The notes beneath the pieces were generated by a model that saw nothing but the letters and a program-made list of their open reading frames with translations, was not told the DNA's origin and did not search any database. A stretch of DNA of 43,505 bases from Chthonomonadaceae bacterium (GTDB lineage: Bacteria > Armatimonadota > Chthonomonadetes > Chthonomonadales > Chthonomonadaceae): the NCBI GenBank assembly GCA_035650735.1, contig DASRGZ010000015.1, positions 1 to 43,505 of the forward strand, in the 5' to 3' direction. Made by a program: the position numbers and the translations under genes. Shown piece after piece: positions 9,533 to 19,370 of this stretch; positions within the stretch are counted from its first letter, which is position 1, and the number at the start of each line of letters is the position of its first letter.

Positions 9533-12500
9533 CTAGGGCGTGACTCCCTCGCCGCAAACCCACCGCATCGCCGATGCCAGGCTCTTAACCCAGTCGGGCG
9601 TGCTCCAAAAGGCGCGCGCACCCGCAGGCGCTTCGCCCAGGACGGTGCCGGTGAACACCGCGACGCGCCCCTTACCATAGGCCGCGCCGACGAGGAGCGG
9701 CTCGCCACCCACGCCCTTCATCAGCACGGTCGCCCCGGGCTTGGGCGCGACCATGTGCCGGTAGAGGACAACCTCCGGGCTCTGCCCTCGCGCGCCGGCT
9801 ATCCGCACGGGCGGTTCGCACTTACGTATTTCCCAGGGGCCGCTCAACGTCACCGGCAGGAAGAGCGGCCAGGCCCGCTTCATGTTATCATCCTGGCCCA
9901 GCGTCACATTGCCACCCAGGATCACCAGGCCGCCCCCGTCTTTGACCCACTCCGAAAGCATCAGTATCTGCCCGTAGTTCAAGCCCTTGGCCTCGACGTT
10001 GGCCAGGACGATCAGGTCCTGCTTCCACAGGTCCTCCCAGCTCCACTTGTAGCCCCTCAGGTTCGTGCCTTGCTGCGGATGATAGGAGGTGTAGGCGTCG
10101 GTGAGCTTGGCGCCCGGCAGGAGGGCAGCCGCCTCGTCTATGCGATAGAGCCGATTGTACAGGCCGCGGACCGCCAGGATGCGCGGTGGACCTGCGGGGC
10201 TCCGGCTCAACCCGGCCGGCCGTTGGAACTGCGCGTAGTGATCCGCAAGCTGCCGGTCGGTCCACGGGCGCACGAGCTCCAGCGTGGTGCAATCCCACCA
10301 GCCCTTGGCATTGCCCAGGTACTCCGCGCTGACGCCCATGAAGCCATAGTCCGCGTAGTCGAACTCGATGGCGAAGTCCTGGTAGACGTTGGGTCTGGCG
10401 AAGTCGGTCGCTTTGAGCGTCTTCTCCTCGCTATAGAGGCCGCCAACCCCGGGAAATGGCGACTCGACGGAACGGCCGCACGAGAGCCGGAAGACCGGCT
10501 TGGCGACGGTGTTGTCGTCCACCTTGAGGCGAAAGGTGGCCCGGTAGCGGCCCGGAATTCGCGGGTACTGATAGGTGTAGGCCATCGAGCCGGGCGGGCG
10601 GCCCGGTTTGCCCACGCAAGCCGTTCCGCCGGTGGCATCGGGATCCGGCTCCCTGTCCGCGGTGCTCTCGCCTCCGCCCCATTCGGCGGGGTGCTGAACC
10701 TCCCGCCACGCCGGCTGGCTCTGCCCCGTCGGCGCGGTGAGCTGTAGGTCAGCCGCGCTCGGGCCGGTCGGCTTCGGTTGCGTGCGCGGCTCCTCGAAGG
10801 TCGGTGCCGGCGGCTCGCCCTCCGTATCCACAACCAGGATCTTCCAGTACGGAATGTTGCCGACTCGGAACACGCCGCCCTCGAGCGCGATGGGCGCGGC
10901 GGATGTGTGCTCCATATCCACGAGCCACGCCCGGCGGATCCGCGCCGTCGGCTTCCAGGCGACGGTAACGTTCTCGGCCGTCGCCGCCGGCATCTGGTTC
11001 TTCCCCAGCGTCGTTTGCGCCTCCGGCGTGTTGTAGAGGTGGAGGATGTAGCGCGTGCCTCCCTCGGGCGCCCGGCCAACGGCGGCGAACTCCTTCCACA
11101 GCAGCGGGCGGCTGCCGGTGACGGAGACAGTCCGCTCCGCACCCCGCCATGTGGACAGGCTGTCGTCCCACAGTAGCCGGCTGAAGCGTGTGGCGCTGCG
11201 GTTGACCCACTCGCTGCCGCCTCCCGGGCCGGTGTAGGCGTTCATCACATGGGCGCGCAAACCGTACTCGAAGATGAAGTTGTAGAGGTTGTCGCCGCCC
11301 CGGTTGAAACCGTACGTGGCGTAATGGCCGCCGTAGTGGCGCACGATCTCCGCCTCTCGGCGCACGCGGAGGCAGTAGTCAATCCAGGGCACGTCGCCCG
11401 GGAAGGCGTCGGCCTCGTTGGCGATGAGGCCATCGTCCCGGCACTTCTCCTGGAAGGAGGCCGGCACGTTCCCTTTGCCGATGGACCAGGTGATGTCCGT
11501 ACCCGCGTTATAGCCGAAGAGGTAGCCGGGCTTCGCGGCCCAACACGCCTGCTTCATCCGCCGCACCAGAGCCACGTTGGCGGCCTCAGAATCGAACTTC
11601 TCCGGGGCGTTCCACGATCCGTCGAGGCGCTGGTTGCGCAATGCTCCGAACTCTCCGTCGAAGCGCACGCCGTCGAACCCGAACGCCTTGGCCGAGCCGG
11701 CCAGCTCGCCGATCCCGACGTCGGCCACACGTGGATCCGTGCAGCTATACCAGACGTCGCACCAGTTATAGCCGTCCGTAAAAGGCTGGAAGCGCCCGGC
11801 ACCCGCGTAGCCGGCTGCCTCCATCTCGACCGGCGTACCGGGCACCATCCGCGACTCGCCAGGCTTGGGCGGGTCGAGCGCTTGCAGGTAATCGAGACCG
11901 GCGGCATCATAGTTTCCCCAGAAGCGGCCGTTGGTGTACCCGGCCAGGTCCGGATTGCGGCGTAGCTTCTCGTACCCGACGGGTCCGCCCGCCGCCGCCT
12001 TGCCGTAGGTCGCCACCTTGATCCCCTGCGCGTGAAACGCCTGGATCATGGCCCGCATGTTCGTCGCGCACTCGTTGTAGGCGGTCTGCCCGGCCCACCA
12101 GCGGTCGGCAGCGGGGGTCAGGTCGTCGAAGTCGCTTGGGGCCCAGGCGAACTTCTCCAGCCAGTTGCCGTAGGTGGAGCGGATCTGACCCGCGAACTCG
12201 GCGGGGTAGGTAGACCGTATCTTGTCCATCGTGCCGGAGAACTGCCACCCCCCGTGGCTGCCGCTGCCGAGAATGAGGACTTGATGCACGCTGCGCGCGC
12301 AGTTGAACACGTCGCTTGCCGCTGCGACGACCTTGCCGTCGCGCAATAAGGTGGCTGTGAGCTCCATCCCCAGGACCGGCTGCAGCTTGGCGGAGCCGGA
12401 CCATTCGAATTGGCCCTTCCCCTGCACCGTAATCGGCTGCTCGACCAGCCGCACGCGCGTGTCCAGGTCACTGATGAGCTCCACGCGCAGCGTTGCCGAG

Positions 12501-12763
12501 GCGGACTCCGTGTCCGGGTTGGCGATGGTCGCTTCCAGGCGGGCCGTAACGCCAGGCTCGTAGTAGATGCGGTCGGCTGCCACCTTGAGGATCTGTAGCT
12601 CCGCACGCGCCGGATACGAGCCGGCCAAAGTGAGCATGAGCGCGCTACACAGCATCAGCAGGGCAATCTGCGGTATGCCGGCCGCTTGCCGGGCCGTACC
12701 GCCGGGCGGCACGGGCGCGATATCCACGACCGGTCCTGAATCGAGTTCTCGTCTCGCTTGCAT
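9533..12763 (-). CDS. large secreted multidomain glycoside hydrolase (GH66/dextranase-like barrel) with C-terminal class-I glutamine-amidotransferase-like domain
   Basis: GGAGGAG RBS before ATG 12763; signal peptide; ADRIYYEPG N-terminal motif; FGFDGVRFD; C-terminal DLIVLANV...WVKDGGGLVILGG...YGKGRVAVF. Confidence 0.6.
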   Translation of the reverse strand: MQARRELDSGPVVDIAPVPPGGTARQAAGIPQIALLMLCSALMLTLAGSYPARAELQILKVAADRIYYEPGVTARLEATIANPDTESASATLRVELISDLDTRVRLVEQPITVQGKGQFEWSGSAKLQPVLGMELTATLLRDGKVVAAASDVFNCARSVHQVLILGSGSHGGWQFSGTMDKIRSTYPAEFAGQIRSTYGNWLEKFAWAPSDFDDLTPAADRWWAGQTAYNECATNMRAMIQAFHAQGIKVATYGKAAAGGPVGYEKLRRNPDLAGYTNGRFWGNYDAAGLDYLQALDPPKPGESRMVPGTPVEMEAAGYAGAGRFQPFTDGYNWCDVWYSCTDPRVADVGIGELAGSAKAFGFDGVRFDGEFGALRNQRLDGSWNAPEKFDSEAANVALVRRMKQACWAAKPGYLFGYNAGTDITWSIGKGNVPASFQEKCRDDGLIANEADAFPGDVPWIDYCLRVRREAEIVRHYGGHYATYGFNRGGDNLYNFIFEYGLRAHVMNAYTGPGGGSEWVNRSATRFSRLLWDDSLSTWRGAERTVSVTGSRPLLWKEFAAVGRAPEGGTRYILHLYNTPEAQTTLGKNQMPAATAENVTVAWKPTARIRRAWLVDMEHTSAAPIALEGGVFRVGNIPYWKILVVDTEGEPPAPTFEEPRTQPKPTGPSAADLQLTAPTGQSQPAWREVQHPAEWGGGESTADREPDPDATGGTACVGKPGRPPGSMAYTYQYPRIPGRYRATFRLKVDDNTVAKPVFRLSCGRSVESPFPGVGGLYSEEKTLKATDFARPNVYQDFAIEFDYADYGFMGVSAEYLGNAKGWWDCTTLELVRPWTDRQLADHYAQFQRPAGLSRSPAGPPRILAVRGLYNRLYRIDEAAALLPGAKLTDAYTSYHPQQGTNLRGYKWSWEDLWKQDLIVLANVEAKGLNYGQILMLSEWVKDGGGLVILGGNVTLGQDDNMKRAWPLFLPVTLSGPWEIRKCEPPVRIAGARGQSPEVVLYRHMVAPKPGATVLMKGVGGEPLLVGAAYGKGRVAVFTGTVLGEAPAGARAFWSTPDWVKSLASAMRWVCGEGVTP

Positions 12764-12968
12764 CGTGTCTCCTCCCCATTGCCAAAGGATGCCTATTGCC
12801 GTCCGAGGCAATCCCTTCCCCATGGGGTGCGCCCATGCACCCATTGAATCCAGCGGCGAAAACAGGCATGGGCGCCTTCCAAGCAACCCGAATGGAGCTT
12901 GATTCATCGTGTCGCGATAGATTTCCTTATAACCATCAATTTAGATGCGCCCACCCTGGCGCCGCTAC

Positions 12969-13808
12969 TTAACCGCGGGAGGGCTCGGCCATTTTGGCGC
13001 GGGCCTGACGGGAGAGCTCCGCGAGGTGGTAGTCGTTGGCCATGACCTGTTCCAGATGCCGCATCCGCTCTGGCCCAGCGGTGGACATCATGATCTCGCC
13101 ATAGTTGCGCTCGACCCAGAAGCGGGCATGGCCGCTGATATAGTCGCGCAGGTCCTGGAGACGATGTTCCGGGTAGCGCTGGCAGAGGTTGATGGTGAAC
13201 ATCCGCCGCCGCGTTCCTCCGCCGAAGGCCGCGTGCTTGGTGTTGTGATTAAAGCAGACCAGGTCGCCTGGCTGAGTCTCTAAGGCCACCGCAGGAACGT
13301 CCTTGCCGGGGATGCCCCAGAATTGCTGACTCTTGCCGGCCTGCTGCATCAGCCAATCGGCATAGCGGTCGCCGGGCAGATGGCTACCGGGAATGACGCG
13401 CAGGCAGCCGGTATCGCGGGTGAGCGGATCGAGGTAGAAGGCGATCTTGATGTGGCGGATGTCGGTGTGCCAGCCGTCGGAGTGCCAGCCGGTATCCCCG
13501 ACATAGTAGTTGCCGTCGCTGCCCATGTAGTTAAAGTCCTCGCCGAGCAGACCGTAGGCGATGCCGAGGATGCGTGGGTCGTCTAAGAGCGTGCAGAGCC
13601 GCGCGCTCTGATCGATGAAGGGCACAATGCAGGAGCGGGCCTTGCCGTCGTGGGGCCTGCCGTAGTGCCCGCCGCCCCGCGCCGCCCAAACGCCCTCGAA
13701 CTCCGCGATAATCTCCTCGATACGGTCGGCCATCAGGCCGGGGAAGGCCAGGTAGCCGAACGTATCGAAGAAGCTGATCTGCTGCTCGGATAATGGGTTT
13801 ACGTTCAT
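12969..13808 (-). CDS. phytanoyl-CoA dioxygenase (PhyH) family Fe(II)/2-oxoglutarate oxygenase
   Basis: AGGAG RBS before ATG 13808; motifs FFDTFGYL, WHSD, GCLRVIPGSH and PGDLVCFNHNTKH. Confidence 0.9.
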   Translation of the reverse strand: MNVNPLSEQQISFFDTFGYLAFPGLMADRIEEIIAEFEGVWAARGGGHYGRPHDGKARSCIVPFIDQSARLCTLLDDPRILGIAYGLLGEDFNYMGSDGNYYVGDTGWHSDGWHTDIRHIKIAFYLDPLTRDTGCLRVIPGSHLPGDRYADWLMQQAGKSQQFWGIPGKDVPAVALETQPGDLVCFNHNTKHAAFGGGTRRRMFTINLCQRYPEHRLQDLRDYISGHARFWVERNYGEIMMSTAGPERMRHLEQVMANDYHLAELSRQARAKMAEPSRG

Positions 13809-13862
13809 AGCGCAACTCCTACACCCGGATAAGTTCCGACGGTATATCTTCTGTATCAAGGG

Positions 13863-14404
13863 TTAGGCTTGATAGGCCGCTCTCTTTTCCAGCGCCAAGG
13901 AAAGCTGTGCGTTCTGTCCAGGGCCGCGTTTGGTCTGCTGTTTTCCCCTGTCAGGCGTTGCAAAGCCAGGCTTGATAAGCAGTGCCTCATCCATCGCGTT
14001 GCGAAGGTCTTCGCTGGAACCAACATGATAAAAGTGGCTGCACACCCTGATCTCTGTATCCTGCCAGCATCGCTCGATATGCTCATTTCTTCTATGTCGG
14101 TTCTCCAGCCACATAGACAGGGCAAAGCCGCAGGGCAGTTGTTTCGCTGCTATTGAGAGGGCTTGCGCCTCTGCCTCGTCCCAGGCGTTGTAGTAATCGG
14201 TGTGGCGTCCGATATAGGGAGGGTCCAGATAGACGAAATCCTCCTGCTGGGCCTCTGCCAGAACTTCCCCCCAGCGCGCCACCCGAAACTCCCAATCTTT
14301 GCCCTGCATCTGCCGGGCTGCCCAGCCGATCTGATTGACGATTTTGGTGATGTAGGCTTTCGTGAAACGCTGGGGCTTATGTCAAAGGGAACGTTGAATT
14401 CTCC
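13863..14404 (-). pseudogene. C-terminal half of a Dam/M.EcoRV-like N6-adenine methyltransferase
   Basis: GEFNVPF / frameshift / HKPQRFTKAYITKIVNQ...FVYLDPPY; the N-terminal half with FxGxG is missing. Confidence 0.85.
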
Positions 14405-15167
14405 AAATCGAATACCTCTTCGCCCAGCGACGCAAACGGTCCTGTACCATTTATAAGTGCAGAAACCGAAGTTACCGACCCGATGTTCTTTGTGTTGCCG
14501 CTGCCTGGCTGGTCTTTGGCAATGCGATACTTGGGTTGCACAAAGAACTGCAAGTCCCTCACCACAGAGGGCATCTGTTCCAACTCATCGAGTGTATGCG
14601 TCCTGAGTTGATCCACCGGCGCTTCCGCCCGCGAATAGATAACACCCAGCACAAAATGCCCAGAATACTCCGCATAGGGAAAGGTAATGTTCTTGGTCGA
14701 AGTCCGATTCCGAAAATATCCGGTGAAGGCTCCGAGCGTCATGGCATTGACCGTATCTGCGGTAATCCGATACGTGCTTTTCAAATCTACGGCAAACTTG
14801 TAGCCCTCCTCAAAGATAAATGTTAGGTCAGGGTAGTGGTTTTGTTCGCGGGAGAGAACCATTTTAAGATTATGTTGAGCCGGGTAGTGTACCCATAGAG
14901 AGTTGATACTTCGTCGCCGATGACCTTATCAACTCTGTAGAGGGACACTACCTTGAGCCGCAAAGTTGACAAAATGCGGGAACAGCATAATTTCTATAAG
15001 CTTGGAAACGACTTTGGTATCGCCGGAAATCGTGTAGACGTTTTGGAAGATGTCTATAAAACCTTGACCGTCCAATCCCCTGTCGAGGTTGAAAGCAACC
15101 TATCGAACGTCACGGCTTCTTGCTGAAGTAAGAGCAGAAATTCTGAAGCCGCTTCTTTTGAAATCAT
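14405..15167 (-). pseudogene. EcoRV-family type II restriction endonuclease, disrupted
   Basis: DWTVK / frameshift near 15061 / FIDIFQNVYTISGDTKVVSKLIE, then an insertion, then QNHYPDLTF...VDLKSTY...GSGNTKNIGS; truncated after EEVFD. Confidence 0.88.
14883..14952. mobile_element. 70-bp MITE / internally deleted IS with IS1-family-like GGTAGTG ends
   Basis: 26-bp terminal inverted repeats (22/26 match), 18-bp core, flanked by perfect 8-bp direct repeat TTGAGCCG (14875-14882 and 14953-14960). Confidence 0.9.
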
Positions 15168-15203
15168 CCAGCCGGATTCTTCTTAGATTCATGATGGAGG
15201 GCA

Positions 15204-15230
15204 CAGAGGGTAGAAACTATCTACCCTCTG
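15204..15230 (-). terminator. hairpin downstream of the isomerase gene
   Basis: Perfect 11-bp stem CAGAGGGTAGA/TCTACCCTCTG with a 5-nt loop, 10 bp after the stop; no strong U-tract. Confidence 0.55.
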
Positions 15231-15240
15231 CCTGCAATTC

Positions 15241-16362
15241 CTAACCAGCTACCAAAATGCGCTTGACGACATCAATGACGTTGCCGGCGTCGCCGGTGGC
15301 CTGCGCCGCCTCCAGCTTGTCCTTGACGGCGTAGATCTTGAGCGCCTTCTTCATCGCGTTGGCGAAGAGCTCCTTGCTCAGTACCATTGCCTTGACCGGC
15401 TCCATGCGGTAGGTGAACTGGTCCTCGCCGAACCAGCCCTGATAATCCGTGTCCACAGCGGCGTAGCAGAACTCGGCCAGCCGCCAGATATCGTCCGTGC
15501 CTGTGACGCGATCCTCGTCGTTGGAGTTGTATTTGGCGGCGTTGATATGGAAGTTGGCGATGGGCACGCCCATGCGCTTGAGCAGGTAGAGGCTGTCGGC
15601 AGGCTGATTGCCGACCATCTGCTCGTGGCCGTAATCAATGACCACGCCCATCACCGTCTCCCCAACCGTTTCGTTGACCGTCTTGGCGACCAGGGCGGCT
15701 TTGGCGGTGGTGTTGAGGATCATGTTGCCCTCGCGCGGCTCCTTCTGCTTGGCCTCCGTGCCGAACTTCAGCCCGTAGCTGTGCGCTTTGCGCGCGATCT
15801 CCACACAGCCATCAATAAACCAGTCGAGTTGCTTGCCATAGTTGACCTCGAAATGGTAATCCCAGCCGTCCGAGCCGGGCCAGAGCTGGACGCTGGGGCA
15901 GTTCAGCCTTTTGGCGAGCTCTACCGTCTGCAGGCAGTAGTCCAGGGCTTCACGGCGCCGTCCGGGGTCGGGGTTGGTGATCCCGCCCATACGATAGTAG
16001 GCGCGCGTCCAGATGTTGGTGTTCATGTTGGTGGCGATCAGGTTGTGCTGCTGGATGGCGTCGCGCACCTGGCGCACTTTCGCTTCGGAAATCTGCAGCT
16101 TGTCATCCAGGAACATCTCGTTGTTAAGCTCGACGCCCTTGATGCCAGCCTGGGCGACGCGCGTGATCTGCCCGACAGGCGACTCATCCAGCGGTTCTTC
16201 CAGGTAGGAGCGGCAGAAACGGTCGCTAAAGCCCCCAGCGCACCAGTGCCCGGCGGAGAAGTTGATGCCGTAGGTATCGAAAAAGGCGTTGACGATGTCG
16301 CCTTCCAGATAGTCGGCGAACTCGGTGCTGAGTTTGGAAAGGTTGTCTGCGGTGACGCGCAT
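15241..16362 (-). CDS. xylose isomerase-like sugar isomerase (TIM barrel)
   Basis: GAGGAGG RBS before ATG 16362; motifs WPGSDG, EAKQKEPR, DYGHEQM, DEDR and EDQF match the XylA/RhaI-type metal sites; substrate uncertain. Confidence 0.85.
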   Translation of the reverse strand: MRVTADNLSKLSTEFADYLEGDIVNAFFDTYGINFSAGHWCAGGFSDRFCRSYLEEPLDESPVGQITRVAQAGIKGVELNNEMFLDDKLQISEAKVRQVRDAIQQHNLIATNMNTNIWTRAYYRMGGITNPDPGRRREALDYCLQTVELAKRLNCPSVQLWPGSDGWDYHFEVNYGKQLDWFIDGCVEIARKAHSYGLKFGTEAKQKEPREGNMILNTTAKAALVAKTVNETVGETVMGVVIDYGHEQMVGNQPADSLYLLKRMGVPIANFHINAAKYNSNDEDRVTGTDDIWRLAEFCYAAVDTDYQGWFGEDQFTYRMEPVKAMVLSKELFANAMKKALKIYAVKDKLEAAQATGDAGNVIDVVKRILVAG

Positions 16363-16695
16363 GGCGTAAAACCTCCTCGCTTGCCGTTGGGGAATGGTAA
16401 CGGGCTTATTTTCGTGATGGTGCGGCGCGGTTCCTGCCCGCTTAAGGTCGCTGCGGGAGAGGAACTCTACTCGAGGCCGAAATTGGCGGTCCGGCACAAA
16501 AATAAATAGACGAATATTGTCTTCTTTTAGATCGGCTTTTGGAACTTTTGCCGGACTATTGCCGTCTTCTCGCTGTCAAATACCACCCGGCGGATGGTTT
16601 ACGCGCGCTTTCTCGATTGGTGCATAGCCCGCGTTTGCCGGTTGGCCCAGGTTAGAAAGGAGTCCTTGTGTTGTTAGGATACGGAGCATAAGGGA

Positions 16696-18975
16696 ATGGG
16701 CAGTGATAACTCTGGATCCGCCGAACATACAGATGAGGCGATCCAGCCCGATGCCGAGTTAGCGCATGATCGCCGCCAGGATGGGGAGGAGCGCTTCCAT
16801 CGCGAAGCGGAGAGCAGGGCGCGTGCCGAACTGGAACGACTCAAGCACGCTTACCAGAAGAGCACTGCCGAAGCCCGTCTGCTCTATGAGGCTGGCCGCC
16901 TCCTGGGAAGCACGCTCGACCCGGAAACGATCTTCGAGACCATGCGTAAACTGGTCTCCGGCATCATGCCGGTAGATACGCTTCTTGTTTCTTCATTTGA
17001 TCCACAGACCAACTTGATCACCTGCTCTTATGCCTGGATCGAAGGCAATCGCGCGGACGTAAGCGGTTTTCCCGCTGTGCCCTTATCTCCCGACGGCAGC
17101 GGGATGCAGAGCACGGTCATTCTGACGGGCAAGCCGCTGATGGTCCTGGATGCTTTCGAGCGGGCCATGAACAGCAAGAGCCATTTTCATGTCGATCCCG
17201 ATGGCACGGTACATGACCACCCGGACCCACATAAGCCCCAATCGCACTCGATCTTGATGGTGCCTATCAAACTCGAAGACCAGGTTCTGGGGATTGTTCA
17301 GGTCCAGAGCCTGCAAAAGGGAGCTTATACGGAAGACGACCTGCGCATTTTGGAGGCGATGGTGCTGCAGATGGCTGCCGCCAATCGCAATGCCTTTTTG
17401 TATCAGCAGGTCAGGGAGGAACTGACAGAACGACAGCGGACAGAGCAGGCGCTGCGGGAGAGCGAAACCCAGTACCGCACCCTGGTTGAAACCTCCACTG
17501 ACCTGATCTGGTCTCTCGACGCCGAAGGAAAGGTGCTCTTCGTCAACCAGGCGGCACACCGGATACTCGGCTTTGATCCTGAAGAGATGATTGGACGTCC
17601 GATCACCGACTTTCTGGCGGATGAGCGGGATCGGAAGAATCTGGAAGACTTTCCACGATTTCTCCGCGATAAAACCCAACTGCGTTACGAAATGGCCTTT
17701 CGCTGCAAGAAAGGCACCGCCATCCTGCTCGCGATCAATGGGGTCGTCTTGCGAGATGATCGGGGCAACGTTGTTGGCGCGACCGGGACGGCTGCCGATA
17801 TTACCGAGCACCGTCGTTTGCAAGAGCAGTTGCTGCAGGCGCAGAAGATGGAAAGCATCGGCCGATTGGCTGGCGGAATCGCCCATGACTTCAATAATCT
17901 GATGACCGCGATCCTGGGCTATGCCAGTCTGGCTCAGATGAGCCTGCCATCAGAAGGCGAGTTGAGCGCCGACCTGCAGCGCATTCAGCAGGCGGCCCGG
18001 CGCGCGTCCGAGCTGACCCAGCAATTGCTGGCGTTTGCCCGTAAGCAGATTGCCGAGCCCAAGATCGTAAATCTTAACGATCTCATCCTGGATATTGATA
18101 AGATGCTGCGCCGTCTGATCGGCGCGGATGTCGAGCTCATTATTCTGCCCAAAGCCGACCTCTGGCACGTCCGGATCGATCCCGGCCAGTTCGGGCAAGT
18201 CCTGGTCAATCTGGCGGTGAACGCGCGGGGTGCCATGCCAAACGGCGGCAAGTTAATTATTGAGACAGATAATATTACTTTGGGCAATGCTTATGGATAT
18301 CAAGGTGCCGAAGGAAGGGCCGGGGACTATGTGATGCTGGCCGTTACCGATACTGGGATCGGCATGACCCCCGAGGTCCAGGCCCATCTTTTCGAACCGT
18401 TCTTTACCACCAAGGAGGTCGGCAAGGGAACCGGGCTGGGGCTGGCGACCTGCTATGGCATCGTGCAGCAGAGTGGCGGTCATATCCAGGTCGAAAGCGA
18501 GCCAGGGCGGGGAACTACGTTTCGCATCTACTTGCCGCGCACCGAAGCGCCCGCAAAGTCAGGCGCGCGCGCGGAGGCTCCCAAGACGCTGCCGGGCGGA
18601 ACGGAAACCCTCTTGCTGGTAGAAGATAACCCCATGGTAAGGGAGCTCGGCGTGCAAACGTTGACGGCGTTAGGCTACACCGTCCTGGCGGCTGCCAATG
18701 GGAATGAGGCGCTCCGCCTGGTGGATCAACATGAGGGACAGATCGCTCTATTAATCTCGGATGTCATTATGCCGCAGATGGGAGGTGTGGAACTGGCCCA
18801 GCGTCTTCATGAGAAGCGGCCAGGAATTCCGGTACTGTTCACGTCTGGCTATACAGCGACGACGCTGGCTTCTGGTTATCGTGGGCTCCCACCCGACCAG
18901 CCATTTTTACAGAAACCATTCACACCGACGGTGCTGGCGCAGAAAGTACGCCAGATTCTGGATGCCTCTAAGTGA
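16696..18975 (+). CDS. cytoplasmic hybrid sensor kinase (GAF-PAS-HisKA-HATPase-REC, CckA-like)
   Basis: LAGGIAHDFNN H-box, NLAVNA, DTGIGM, FFTTK, GTGLGL and receiver motif LLISDVIMP. Confidence 0.95.
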   Translation: MGSDNSGSAEHTDEAIQPDAELAHDRRQDGEERFHREAESRARAELERLKHAYQKSTAEARLLYEAGRLLGSTLDPETIFETMRKLVSGIMPVDTLLVSSFDPQTNLITCSYAWIEGNRADVSGFPAVPLSPDGSGMQSTVILTGKPLMVLDAFERAMNSKSHFHVDPDGTVHDHPDPHKPQSHSILMVPIKLEDQVLGIVQVQSLQKGAYTEDDLRILEAMVLQMAAANRNAFLYQQVREELTERQRTEQALRESETQYRTLVETSTDLIWSLDAEGKVLFVNQAAHRILGFDPEEMIGRPITDFLADERDRKNLEDFPRFLRDKTQLRYEMAFRCKKGTAILLAINGVVLRDDRGNVVGATGTAADITEHRRLQEQLLQAQKMESIGRLAGGIAHDFNNLMTAILGYASLAQMSLPSEGELSADLQRIQQAARRASELTQQLLAFARKQIAEPKIVNLNDLILDIDKMLRRLIGADVELIILPKADLWHVRIDPGQFGQVLVNLAVNARGAMPNGGKLIIETDNITLGNAYGYQGAEGRAGDYVMLAVTDTGIGMTPEVQAHLFEPFFTTKEVGKGTGLGLATCYGIVQQSGGHIQVESEPGRGTTFRIYLPRTEAPAKSGARAEAPKTLPGGTETLLLVEDNPMVRELGVQTLTALGYTVLAAANGNEALRLVDQHEGQIALLISDVIMPQMGGVELAQRLHEKRPGIPVLFTSGYTATTLASGYRGLPPDQPFLQKPFTPTVLAQKVRQILDASK

Positions 18976-18996
18976 GGGGCAGTCCTGCCACGAAGC

Positions 18997-19095
18997 AAGG
19001 ATGAAGGATGAAAAAAGCAAGGTCTGCTTCCTCATCCCTTCCCAACAAGGAGAAAGACGAGAAGAGGAAAAGAGCCAGGGCTTTTCTTCATCCTT
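18997..19095. repeat. AAGGATG / TTCATCC heptamer repeats in inverted arrangement
   Basis: AAGGATGAAGGATGAA at 18997-19012 and complementary TTCATCCTT at 19087-19095. Confidence 0.5.
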
Positions 19096-19370
19096 TGCAG
19101 GGGGCTGCCTACGTGAAGCACGCTGTTATTGGAATTTGCCTGCAAGCGAGAGAGCGAATGGAGCCTTACCTATCACCCGCCCCTATCTGAGAGTGAACTT
19201 ATCCATAGGGGTCAGCGGGTGGGCGCCTCCCCATCGGAATTGGGATCTCCTTTGCTATCGAGCAAGGCAAATCGGACGAACCGTGCACAAAGGCTGCAAA
19301 TTTCGCTCTCTCAAGTCAGAGGGCAGCGTCTTACAACGCCTAGATTGCAATCGTAGCAAGGAGTAAAACA

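Noticed and set aside
16505..16525. Operator-like imperfect palindrome AGACGAATATTGTCT upstream of the isomerase
   Set aside because: Single, imperfect, and no cognate regulator nearby
19261..19340. c-di-GMP-I riboswitch upstream of the S8 protease (GGCAAA...)
   Set aside because: Lacks the GAAA-capped stem and the GACGCAAAG consensus
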